Origin: an uncultured Candidatus Saccharibacteria bacterium
GTDB lineage: Bacteria; Patescibacteriota; Saccharimonadia; Saccharimonadales; Saccharimonadaceae
DNA length: 64,000 nt
Direction of reading: 5' to 3'
Assembly (NCBI GenBank): GCA_964483335.1
Contig: CAZAAA010000002.1
Span: 852 to 64,851 of the forward strand
The position numbers and the translations under genes were made by a program. This document shows positions 9,573 to 17,159 of the stretch, piece by piece. Position 1 is the stretch's first letter, and each line of letters opens with the position of its first letter. The notes under the pieces are model-generated. The model was not told the DNA's origin, did no database searches, and saw only the letters and a list, made by a program, of their open reading frames with translations.

Positions 9573-10850
9573 CTAGGAATTTTCTTTGACCAAGAAGTTA
9601 ATTGTTTCTTCAATTATGAGGCGGTTCTTGATGTCCTGACGAACGTTAGGATTTTTAAGATTTTCCAAGGCTTCTTTAGAGTTTTTGTAGACTTCTTTTA
9701 GCTCGACGAGCTTAGCATCAACGATGTCATCCGAAACGGTAATCTTCTGTTCCCCAGCCAAAACCTGCAGAACTAGCGAAGCTTTAACGCGAGCCTCGGC
9801 GACAGGGCGAACGCTATCTTCCCAGGCCTTTTCGTCCTGACCAACTTGTTTGAGATAATCTTCAAAAGAAAGTCCCTGGCGAGCGGCGTTGCGGGAAATA
9901 TCATCACGGATAAAGCGGATTTGGTCTTTGACTAAAATTTCTGGAGCAGCAACCTTAGACTTTTCTACCAAGGCGCCCACAAGGTCATCTTTGTACTTTT
10001 CCATGGCCTTAGCCTCGTTCTGAGCCTGGAGATTTTTCTTAATGTCGGCTTTGAGTTCGTCCATGTTCTTGAACGGGCCGCATTTTTTGGCGAATTTTTC
10101 ATCTAAGGCTGGCTTCTTAAGCTCGGAGACTTGTTTCAAGAGCACACTGAAATTGACCTTTTGGCCAGCGAGTTCTTTAGCATGGTAGTCTTTAGGGAAA
10201 GTCAGTTTAAGGTCGAAACGGTCACCGACTTCGTGGCCAACGACACCGTCCTCAAAACCAGGAATGAACTGACCGGAGCCAAGTTTGAGATCAAAATCTT
10301 TGGCGCTGCCGCCCGGGAATTTGACACCGTCTTTAGTGCCTTCAAAGTCAATCTTGACTTCGTCGCCAAGTTTAGCGGCGCGTTTTACGACAGATTTCTC
10401 CGCGTAGGCGTTTTGGATATTTTCTAGAACTTCGCCTACTTCTTTTGCGGCGACTTTAGTGTCTGGCTTCTTAGCCTTGAGGCCTTTGTAGCTGCCAAGT
10501 TTTACATCGGGGAGAATATCAGCGGTAGCTTTGTATTCTAGAGTATCTTCCGGGACGAATTTAGTAACGTCTACCTGCGGAATGACCAGCGGGGACTTCT
10601 TTGCCTCGGTGAAGGCCAATGGGACAGAGCGACGTACAGCAATATCCATAATAGTCTGGCTAAGCTGATTAGGATCAATATGTTTAGCGGCAATATCGGC
10701 AGGAACTTTGCCTTTGCGGAAGCCCTGTACCTTGACTTCTTTGGCAAGGCGTTCGATAGCCTGTTTCTTTGCTGCTTGGAGTTCGTCTTTTTCAAGGACG
10801 ACTTTAATTTCCACCTTGGTATCTGAGATATTTTTTGCTGTAACTTTCAT
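9573..10850 (-). CDS. tig: Trigger factor
   Basis: GFRKGKVP ribosome-binding motif, FKBP domain (GSGQFIPGFEDG); start at 10850 after a TATAAT box. Confidence 0.97.
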   Translation of the reverse strand: MKVTAKNISDTKVEIKVVLEKDELQAAKKQAIERLAKEVKVQGFRKGKVPADIAAKHIDPNQLSQTIMDIAVRRSVPLAFTEAKKSPLVIPQVDVTKFVPEDTLEYKATADILPDVKLGSYKGLKAKKPDTKVAAKEVGEVLENIQNAYAEKSVVKRAAKLGDEVKIDFEGTKDGVKFPGGSAKDFDLKLGSGQFIPGFEDGVVGHEVGDRFDLKLTFPKDYHAKELAGQKVNFSVLLKQVSELKKPALDEKFAKKCGPFKNMDELKADIKKNLQAQNEAKAMEKYKDDLVGALVEKSKVAAPEILVKDQIRFIRDDISRNAARQGLSFEDYLKQVGQDEKAWEDSVRPVAEARVKASLVLQVLAGEQKITVSDDIVDAKLVELKEVYKNSKEALENLKNPNVRQDIKNRLIIEETINFLVKENS

Positions 10851-10938
10851 ACACTGTATTATAACACATCCTAAGAGAGATTTGAAATGTTCCAAAAACA
10901 CTGTTAAATCCATTTTAGTTATGCTAAAATGGATATTA

Positions 10939-12537
10939 GTGAATAAAGTTGTTAATTATTTGAATGAGCAAATTGTAGGGAATGTCTATGACAAAGCCTC
11001 AATTTTGGACGCTTACTCTACGGATCGTTCTATCTTAAAAATTACGCCGCGTTTTGTGGCGGTACCGGAAACTACGGCGGATGTACAAGAGTTACTAAAG
11101 TTTAGTTATGAGCTTTCGCGGCGCAATTTTTCCCTGCCAATTACCGTGCGGGGTTCTGGGCTAGATAAAACGGGGGCGGATCTGGGCTCGGGACTGATTA
11201 TTTCTACAGAAAAATTAAATCAAGTGCAGGAAATAGACGAGCGCAGCCGCCTGGTACGGGTACAGGCTGGTACGACGCTAGGAGATTTAAATCAAGTTCT
11301 GGCAATTTATGGTCTGATGGTGCCGGTACAGCTAGACCCACGGGAGACAATTGGCGGGCTAATTGCCAATTTCCCAACTGACCCAGTAGCAAAGAAATAT
11401 GGTAGCATTTTCTACTTCGTAGATAGAGTGGAAGTGGCGCTGGCGAATGGTGATTTAATTCAGACCACTAGTTATACTGCGCGTGGATTGGCGCGCATGA
11501 AGAAACAAACAAATTTTGAGGGTAAGATTTACCGTGATTTGGAGAAATTACTGAACGAGAAATTTGATTTGATTGATGATTTGTCCGAGGACGACCCTAA
11601 ATCTACGGGCTATCAAATGGTGGCGCGCGTACAAGGAAAGGCACACAAAACTTTTGATCTTTTGCCAGTATTCTTTGCTTCGCAGGGGACACTCGGGGTG
11701 ATTACAGAGGTGATTTTGCGCTGTGAGCCGATTCCGCGTCCATCTGCGCACGTATTAGCTAGCTTCATGAAGATAGATAAGGCGCTGGAGTTTTTGAAGA
11801 AAGTGGAAGATTTAGATCCAGTGCATATGGATATTTACGATGTGCGGATTTTCCGGGCGGCGGCAGAACACGGGAAAAACCTTTCTATTATTTCTAAACG
11901 CATGAAAAGTGGCTACTATGTGCTGATTTCATTTGACGATTTTTCGCTAGCCACTAGAGCAAAGCTGAAAAAATGTATGGAGGCGGCAAAACCGTTGGCG
12001 GCATCAGTTTTGGTAGAAAATGAAGAAAACTCGGCAGATTTTATAGAGTTAGACAGCGTAGTAAATGCTTATCTGAATGATGGCGTGGACGGGGAGAGGG
12101 TGGCACTGATGGACAATGTACGGGTGCCGGCAGAGAATTTGCCAGATTTCCTAAGTGATTTGAAAAAACTAGAAAAGAAGTTTGAACGGGATTTGCCTAT
12201 TTATGGCTCATACGGAACGTCTTCTTACTCAGTGCGGCCAAAATTCCAGTTAGACACTTTAGAAGACCGACAAAAAGTGATGAATTTTCTAAAAACTTAC
12301 TCTGATTTAGTAGTAAAACACGACGGAGAAGTGGCCGGAAGCGGCTCAGAAGGACGAACCAAGGCGATTGTAACTACACCAAAGCTCCGGCGCGAGGAAA
12401 AGGCATTGTATGAAGCTGTAAAAAAGATTTTTGACCCGCAAAATATCTTGAACCCGGAAGTAAAACTAGGGATAGATTTGAAAAACACGGTGCGACACCT
12501 GAGGACGTCGAATAACCCAGGGGTAGTGACGGAATAA
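10939..12537 (+). CDS. FAD-binding oxidoreductase (GlcD/D-lactate dehydrogenase-like)
   Basis: ITVRGSGLD, TIGGLIAN, SQGTLGVITEV, FDPQNILNP motifs; probable GTG start 8 nt after TGCTAAAAT. Confidence 0.85.
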   Translation: MNKVVNYLNEQIVGNVYDKASILDAYSTDRSILKITPRFVAVPETTADVQELLKFSYELSRRNFSLPITVRGSGLDKTGADLGSGLIISTEKLNQVQEIDERSRLVRVQAGTTLGDLNQVLAIYGLMVPVQLDPRETIGGLIANFPTDPVAKKYGSIFYFVDRVEVALANGDLIQTTSYTARGLARMKKQTNFEGKIYRDLEKLLNEKFDLIDDLSEDDPKSTGYQMVARVQGKAHKTFDLLPVFFASQGTLGVITEVILRCEPIPRPSAHVLASFMKIDKALEFLKKVEDLDPVHMDIYDVRIFRAAAEHGKNLSIISKRMKSGYYVLISFDDFSLATRAKLKKCMEAAKPLAASVLVENEENSADFIELDSVVNAYLNDGVDGERVALMDNVRVPAENLPDFLSDLKKLEKKFERDLPIYGSYGTSSYSVRPKFQLDTLEDRQKVMNFLKTYSDLVVKHDGEVAGSGSEGRTKAIVTTPKLRREEKALYEAVKKIFDPQNILNPEVKLGIDLKNTVRHLRTSNNPGVVTE

Positions 12538-12562
12538 AAAGCCACCTTCTAAGGTGGTTTTT
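12536..12562. terminator. Bidirectional terminator; original tRNA-Leu terminator displaced by the integrated element
   Basis: AAAAA-GCCACC-TTCTAA-GGTGGT-TTTT immediately left of the att core. Confidence 0.8.
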
Positions 12563-12565
12563 CTT

Positions 12566-12571
12566 TGGTGC
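12566..12571 (+). repeat. Left att core (TGGTGC)
   Basis: Identical to 18754-18759 and in the same reading frame as recombinase codon 533. Confidence 0.75.
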
Positions 12572-12861
12572 ACCTAGTGCAGGCGAATTGGAACCTAATC
12601 TATAAGGAGTTATTACGCTGGCAAAGCCTACTAGAGGAGTCAGCACTTACGAAACACATCCCCTACTCCCGTGGAACCAGTATGTTGTATGCAAGTGGAC
12701 AGGAGCGGATGCGGGAGAAAACCAACACGAGGGACTGTTCACATCACCAAGCGAAGGGGCAGAGACACGAGAAACCGAGAACGGCCAAATCTGATGAAGA
12801 GGACGAACACGAGGACTCGGACAACGCACACGAACTAAGAAGCGAGGAGCGGTCTCCGTGA
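12568..12861 (+). other. Detached alternative 3' end of the recombinase gene (VHLVQANWNLIYKELLRWQSLL...), rejoined only in the excised form
   Basis: Frame open for 97 codons starting exactly at the att core in the recombinase frame; no promoter or RBS of its own. Confidence 0.65.
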
Positions 12862-12892
12862 GGCAGGTGCAAATGCAACTGACGACACACGA
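12725..12892 (+). repeat. Five ACACGA direct repeats bracketed by an 8-bp inverted repeat
   Basis: ACACGA at 12725, 12765, 12807, 12828, 12887; ACTCCCGT (12665-12672) / ACGGGAGT (12893-12900). Confidence 0.7.
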
Positions 12893-13144
12893 ACGGGAGT
12901 TTTTAAGTTGCGGCGGACGCTCGTTTTTGCGAACGGCGACCGCCTTCTACCTCTATAGTAGCACATATTTTGGAGTTGTTTTTTTGTAGGGTTGGACTTT
13001 TCCACAGGGAGTTGCACTCACCTCTGTTAACCTCAAAACTAATCGGGGGTGGGGTTGCTAAGAGGAGGTGTTTTACACACAAGCACCTGTGCCAACACTA
13101 AAAAACAGGTAGCAATAAGGGGTGAGAAGTGATATAATTAAGTA

Positions 13145-13528
13145 ATGAAGAAACGAGGTAAAATCACTCCAAACGGTGTAGTCTTGAAGACTCACGAGAA
13201 CGCTACTGCGGTTTTTCTGACAGAACAGGGTTTTGATGTTGACCTCATCCCTACTAGTAACATTGAAGGAGTGCACACTCCTGATATTAAGATGAACGAG
13301 CTCAAGTGGGAGATGAAGGCACCACTTGGCGAAGGTAATCAGTTGATGGAGAACACCATCCAGAGAGCACTCAAACAATCGCCAAACATCATCATTGACC
13401 TTCGCCATACGAAGAGACATCAGACAAAATGCTTGAGAGAACTGGAAAAACAGTTTGTAAGCAAGAAGAGCCTAAAACGCCTCAAAATCATCACAAAGAG
13501 CGGAAAAACTCTTGATTTTGAGAAGTAG
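13145..13528 (+). CDS. Stand-alone CdiA C-terminal-like (PD-(D/E)xK, tRNase-type) nuclease
   Basis: THE...TPDIKMNELKWEMKAP...IQRALKQSPNIIIDLR pattern; TATAAT 6 nt before ATG. Confidence 0.78.
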   Translation: MKKRGKITPNGVVLKTHENATAVFLTEQGFDVDLIPTSNIEGVHTPDIKMNELKWEMKAPLGEGNQLMENTIQRALKQSPNIIIDLRHTKRHQTKCLRELEKQFVSKKSLKRLKIITKSGKTLDFEK

Positions 13529-13540
13529 TAGGAGTATAAT
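13512..13540 (+). promoter_or_regulatory. Sigma70 promoter overlapping the 3' end of the nuclease gene
   Basis: TTGATT (13512-13517), 17-nt spacer, TATAAT (13535-13540). Confidence 0.8.
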
Positions 13541-13546
13541 CATAAG

Positions 13547-13620
13547 TAATGAGGGCAGGACCTGCAGTGTAATATGCGGGACACCGCCCTCTTTTAGGTT
13601 GGCTTCTAGCCACCTTTTTT
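13547..13620 (+). ncRNA. Putative small structured RNA downstream of the CdiA-C-like nuclease (candidate RNA antitoxin)
   Basis: GAGGGC-A-GG/CC-GCCCTC outer stem, CCTGCA/TGCGGG inner stem, then terminator hairpin 13596-13615 plus T tract. Confidence 0.6.
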
Positions 13621-13660
13621 GATGAAAAAACTACCACTGAACTAATGCTACAATCAGAGT

Positions 13661-14200
13661 ATGAGAGTAACAAAATATACTGATGACACTAAGGTGAAAC
13701 TGCTTACGCATATCAGGGAGGGTAGAACTGTCAAAGATGCTTGCTCACTAGTTGGCATCTCTGATATGACGCTCACTCGCTGGAGAAGACGTTTTTCTGA
13801 TTTTGATGCAGATTACTTAAAAGCAGTTGAGAGCCAGTGGCAGAACCTTGATGCGACCAAAGAAAGTGGTGTAAGGACTTACAGGCGAAACACCACAAAA
13901 CTCCGTCAAAAGGCAGAAAAACAGGCTAAAATCCAGAAAATGGCAGAAAAAGAACAGGAACTAGCAAGGACTGGCAAACCGCTTACTTACGAAGGCTTAC
14001 GCATCCGTTATGGTAGCATCGCTGATGACGAGCCGCTAATGCCCTGCATTAACCCTAGTAATGGTTTTGTGGAGTATCTGAAACGACAAAGTGGCAACTA
14101 TGTCCAGTTCTCTTGTTCACTTGATGCGTTCCGCAAAAGTAATCCTGCGTGGTATCGCAGGCTAGTGGATGAGAACTCTGCTCTTGATGTTGGTGATTAA
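13661..14200 (+). CDS. HTH protein, terminase small subunit/phBC6A51-like N-terminal domain
   Basis: IREGRTVKDACSLVGISDMTLTRWRRRFSDF helix-turn-helix; TACAAT 6 nt before ATG. Confidence 0.65.
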   Translation: MRVTKYTDDTKVKLLTHIREGRTVKDACSLVGISDMTLTRWRRRFSDFDADYLKAVESQWQNLDATKESGVRTYRRNTTKLRQKAEKQAKIQKMAEKEQELARTGKPLTYEGLRIRYGSIADDEPLMPCINPSNGFVEYLKRQSGNYVQFSCSLDAFRKSNPAWYRRLVDENSALDVGD

Positions 14201-14389
14201 GACGTGATTTTACACGCTCCGCCCCTGTTGATGCTTGCCTTGTTGTCTACCTCAAAGGTTGGACTTCTGGAAAAATCAAAATAGACAGATTGGACACAAG
14301 TAGGGTTTTGACCTGAACAACGTTTTTTGCCGACCTCATATAATATACTCACCAAAAAATGCAAGACCCAAAAGGAATATAATGGACTT

Positions 14390-14719
14390 ATGAGTAGAAA
14401 AATCAAACTAACCGAGAAAAGGACGCAGATTATCGTAAGGGCTATACGAGATGGCTACACAATCACTGATGCTTGCGAGATGGCTTGTATCGGACGGAGC
14501 ACCTACTACAAGTGGCTTGAGGAGTTCCCAGACTTCAATAAGGCGATTGTAGAGGCAACAGATTCGCAATGGAAGTATGCGACTTGGCGAGTGCGACACG
14601 GCTACAGGAGTTATGAGCGGCATCATCTGAACCGCCCATCTGTTAACTACCGAAGTCCAAACAATATGCCTTTTGTGATGCCGCCAGTAGAGGGTTTTAG
14701 TCTTGATGAGAATGGCTAA
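14390..14719 (+). CDS. HTH protein, paralogue of 13661-14200
   Basis: IRDGYTITDACEMACIGRSTYYKWLEEFPDF; shares SQW...G.R.Y.R tail; TATAAT 6 nt before ATG at 14390. Confidence 0.65.
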   Translation: MSRKIKLTEKRTQIIVRAIRDGYTITDACEMACIGRSTYYKWLEEFPDFNKAIVEATDSQWKYATWRVRHGYRSYERHHLNRPSVNYRSPNNMPFVMPPVEGFSLDENG

Positions 14720-14734
14720 AATCTGATGGAAGTA

Positions 14735-14763
14735 TTGACAAAATTAAGCATATGTGCTATAAT
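14735..14763 (+). promoter_or_regulatory. Consensus sigma70 promoter with extended -10
   Basis: TTGACA (14735-14740), 17 nt, TATAAT (14758-14763), TG at 14755-14756. Confidence 0.9.
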
Positions 14764-14769
14764 GGAGTT

Positions 14770-15204
14770 ATCGTCAGGAATGATGATATACGATACTCGC
14801 TGAAGTTGAAGTCTCTGAGCCAAGGCGAAGAGATGGGAGCAACCAAGTTAAAAAGTGGTCTGGAAGATGCAAGCGGAAAATCCGCAAATAAGTTCCCAAA
14901 AGCACCTTAAGAATGCATCTCCACGTATCGTTATTAAAAACCAGTTAGAGGGGCGAATTACTAGCCAAAGTTCTTATATCAACATCCAGCAGAGACTGGT
15001 GAGATGGGAAGTGAACCAAGGCGAAAAGACGGTTTGAGAAGTAGTAGCCAGACGAAATATGCTCAGGTGAACCTGTGAAAAGGGAGTGCGAAATAGCACG
15101 CAAATCTTCCCAAAGCACCTTACACCTTCCATCCTGTAGTTCAATCAAATCTCATATAAGCCCCTATTATCGCCCTGCTCAATTACGAGCAGGGCTTTCC
15201 TTTT
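14770..15204 (+). ncRNA. Putative ~435-nt two-domain structured non-coding RNA
   Basis: Consensus promoter, no credible ORF or RBS, GNRA-capped hairpin, two long-range closing helices, internal sequence repeat, terminator at 15172-15204. Confidence 0.65.
15172..15204 (+). terminator. Intrinsic terminator
   Basis: GCCCTGCTC-AATTAC-GAGCAGGGC followed by TTTCCTTTT. Confidence 0.85.
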
Positions 15205-15243
15205 GTTTGGTTCCAAACGATGCTTTGGTATGGTATAATTAAA

Positions 15244-15369
15244 GTGTTCCATCATTCAAATTTGTAGTAAGTTCACCCCTAACGAGGTGGAGCAAAGAAT
15301 TGAACCCAGAGCGGAGCACCCGCTCCAGTTGGCTCAATCGCTTACTGCAGAAAATGAGTGATGGAACAC
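15244..15369 (+). ncRNA. Putative ~125-nt three-way-junction RNA (ncRNA or cis-leader)
   Basis: 15-bp closing stem GTGTTCCATCATTCA/TGAGTGATGGAACAC, 9-bp TGTAGTAAG/CTTACTGCA stem, two internal hairpins; TGGTATAAT at 15231-15239. Confidence 0.6.
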
Positions 15370-15450
15370 CCATAGCGGGTGTTCCGCTTAGTTTAGGGGA
15401 AGCCCGTGCTTATATTAAACATAATGGCGGGCTTCCCGCTGGAGGAAAAT

Positions 15451-16632
15451 ATGGACAACAAATACGAAGCAACGGGTAATACCGGCCAAAGCAATGCTGA
15501 GACTGGTTGGGAAGGTGTAGCGGCATTGGCTGACGATTTCCAAACCAATAGACCAATAGCAGAAGCAGGGGCACAACAACCAGAGACAATCTCACAGCCT
15601 GAAGTAGTTTTATCTGCCAGTAATAATGTTTATCGTGAAATTGCTAAAGACGCTTTGAAAAATTGGAACGGCTTATCAGATGAAGAAGCCTCAGAAAAAG
15701 TAAATGGAGCATCAGTAGAAGAACTTGAAAGCCAAGTCTATGCTGGAGACTCCATTAAAGCCGCTGTGTCTGGAATTGGAAGTGCACTAGAGAGTAGAGG
15801 TATTACTTGGCAAGGTGAAGAAGACTTACTGAGTTCAGTATTAGACGGAGAGAAACAAGATAGTTCCTTTTCTACCCTCTCTGAATGTTTGGAACGAGTT
15901 GACGACAAAGAGGGGTTTGTCATAGATGTATTGTCAGATATTCATAAGAACTGGGCTGAAACAAATCTCAAGAAGTTTGCAGATGAAAAACGTAGGAACA
16001 AACAATACCAGTTTATGCCTCTTGAGTTGATTGGGAATAAAGAGGCTAGGGCAGACTTATTGTTCCTAGAGCCAATCTTAAAGGCTGGAAACTTTGGAGA
16101 TGAGCACTTTGGTGAACAACTAGACCAGAAATACACTGAACGGCAAAATGAGTTTCTGGAGAAAAATAACTTGCATAGTTTTGGAGACGTAGCATCAGCA
16201 CTTCAAGACCCTGAAAACTGGAATAATGGAAACAATGATGTAATTCCAGAATGGTGGAGCAAACTCCCAGACACCGCTGTTAAAATTGGCGGATGGATTG
16301 GAGATACACCTGCAGGTATTGAAGAAGGCTTAAGATTAGGAAAGAAAGCAAGTGCCGTTAGAATTGCCGCTCAGGTTGAACAGAGAGTTCCTGCTTTGGC
16401 TGATAACGCTCCCGTCAATGGCGAAAACTACCCGTGGCATTATGATGGTGGAGACCGTGATACTTGGCAAACTGGCACAATGCCAGAATGGGTGCTGGGC
16501 AAAATCCATAGAACTTGCGAAGCATACGAACAAAACGGCAAAGTTTTGACTAAGACCGAACTCAGGAAATCAGTTCTAGAGGAGTTTAACTATAGTAGCG
16601 GCTCAGCAATTTGCACCAATGCGATTGTCTAA
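15451..16632 (+). CDS. Acidic hypothetical cargo protein (393 aa), possible RyR-like helical domain
   Basis: Long ORF, GGAGGA RBS before ATG 15451; LSDIHKNW...FMPLELIGNKEARAD segment; terminator hairpin at ~16645-16684. Confidence 0.75.
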   Translation: MDNKYEATGNTGQSNAETGWEGVAALADDFQTNRPIAEAGAQQPETISQPEVVLSASNNVYREIAKDALKNWNGLSDEEASEKVNGASVEELESQVYAGDSIKAAVSGIGSALESRGITWQGEEDLLSSVLDGEKQDSSFSTLSECLERVDDKEGFVIDVLSDIHKNWAETNLKKFADEKRRNKQYQFMPLELIGNKEARADLLFLEPILKAGNFGDEHFGEQLDQKYTERQNEFLEKNNLHSFGDVASALQDPENWNNGNNDVIPEWWSKLPDTAVKIGGWIGDTPAGIEEGLRLGKKASAVRIAAQVEQRVPALADNAPVNGENYPWHYDGGDRDTWQTGTMPEWVLGKIHRTCEAYEQNGKVLTKTELRKSVLEEFNYSSGSAICTNAIV

Positions 16633-16916
16633 TGCGAGTCGTAAGCCCCTTGTAGAGCCTCTCAGAGGCTCACAGGGGCTATTTTAGTGCTACGGGAGTG
16701 CACTTTTACAAGTAGATTGGTGAAGGTCTTGACGTTGGTTCCAAATGGGCTATAATGTAGGTATAGACACCTTATGAGAAAATAGCCTTTTACCGCATCG
16801 GAAAGGATGTAAGCGGTAAAAAAACAAACTCTTGTCCCACTTAGGCAACTGGGAATGACACCTCGTTTTATCTAAGCACTGACGAAGTTGTTAGTGCAGA
16901 AAAATGGCAGGTCTCT

Positions 16917-17156
16917 ATGGCTTCTGTAGCCGATTTGCCCAGTAAACTCACTGCGGCAGAAAGAACCAAGTCGCAAGCCGTCAACTTTATGAGCGTCAAA
17001 GAACTGAGAAAAGTTCTTGGCAAAAATGCTGACGGTATTGACGACCGACACCTCTTAGAAGTTAGTGTTGCCATCGGTAAAATCTCGCTGATGATGACGA
17101 CTAACCCAGAACTGATTGAGAAAATCACCAAATCTTATAACGCCAAGAAAGGTTAA
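16917..17156 (+). CDS. Small protein upstream of the recombinase, putative recombination directionality factor
   Basis: MSVKELRKVLG helix motif; stop 3 nt before the recombinase start; function inferred from position. Confidence 0.5.
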   Translation: MASVADLPSKLTAAERTKSQAVNFMSVKELRKVLGKNADGIDDRHLLEVSVAIGKISLMMTTNPELIEKITKSYNAKKG

Positions 17157-17159
17157 ATT

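Noticed and set aside
10708-10938. N-terminal extensions in the ORF track (also 7302-7373, 10851-10913, 26026-26103, 30483-30788, 40389-40505, 42473-42586, 50199-50327, 61906-62043)
   Set aside because: They overlap opposite or upstream genes or promoters; RBS or -10 positions and family N-termini support the shorter starts
13561-13585. H-type pseudoknot (GTGT loop pairing with ACAC) like ToxI antitoxins
   Set aside because: It would need zero-length connecting loops, which is sterically implausible; at most an alternative hairpin
14855-15148. Short ORFs 14855-15037 (+) and 14945-15148 (-) inside the large RNA
   Set aside because: GTG/TTG starts without RBS, no recognisable motifs, and extensive base-pairing explains the sequence better
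14770-15204. Resemblance to c-di-AMP (ydaO) riboswitch fragments (TCGCTGAA, GGGGCGAAT), group II intron, tmRNA or RNase P
   Set aside because: Only isolated short words match; spacing and the other conserved cores (domain V, GAGGAAAGTCC, tRNA-like ends) are absent
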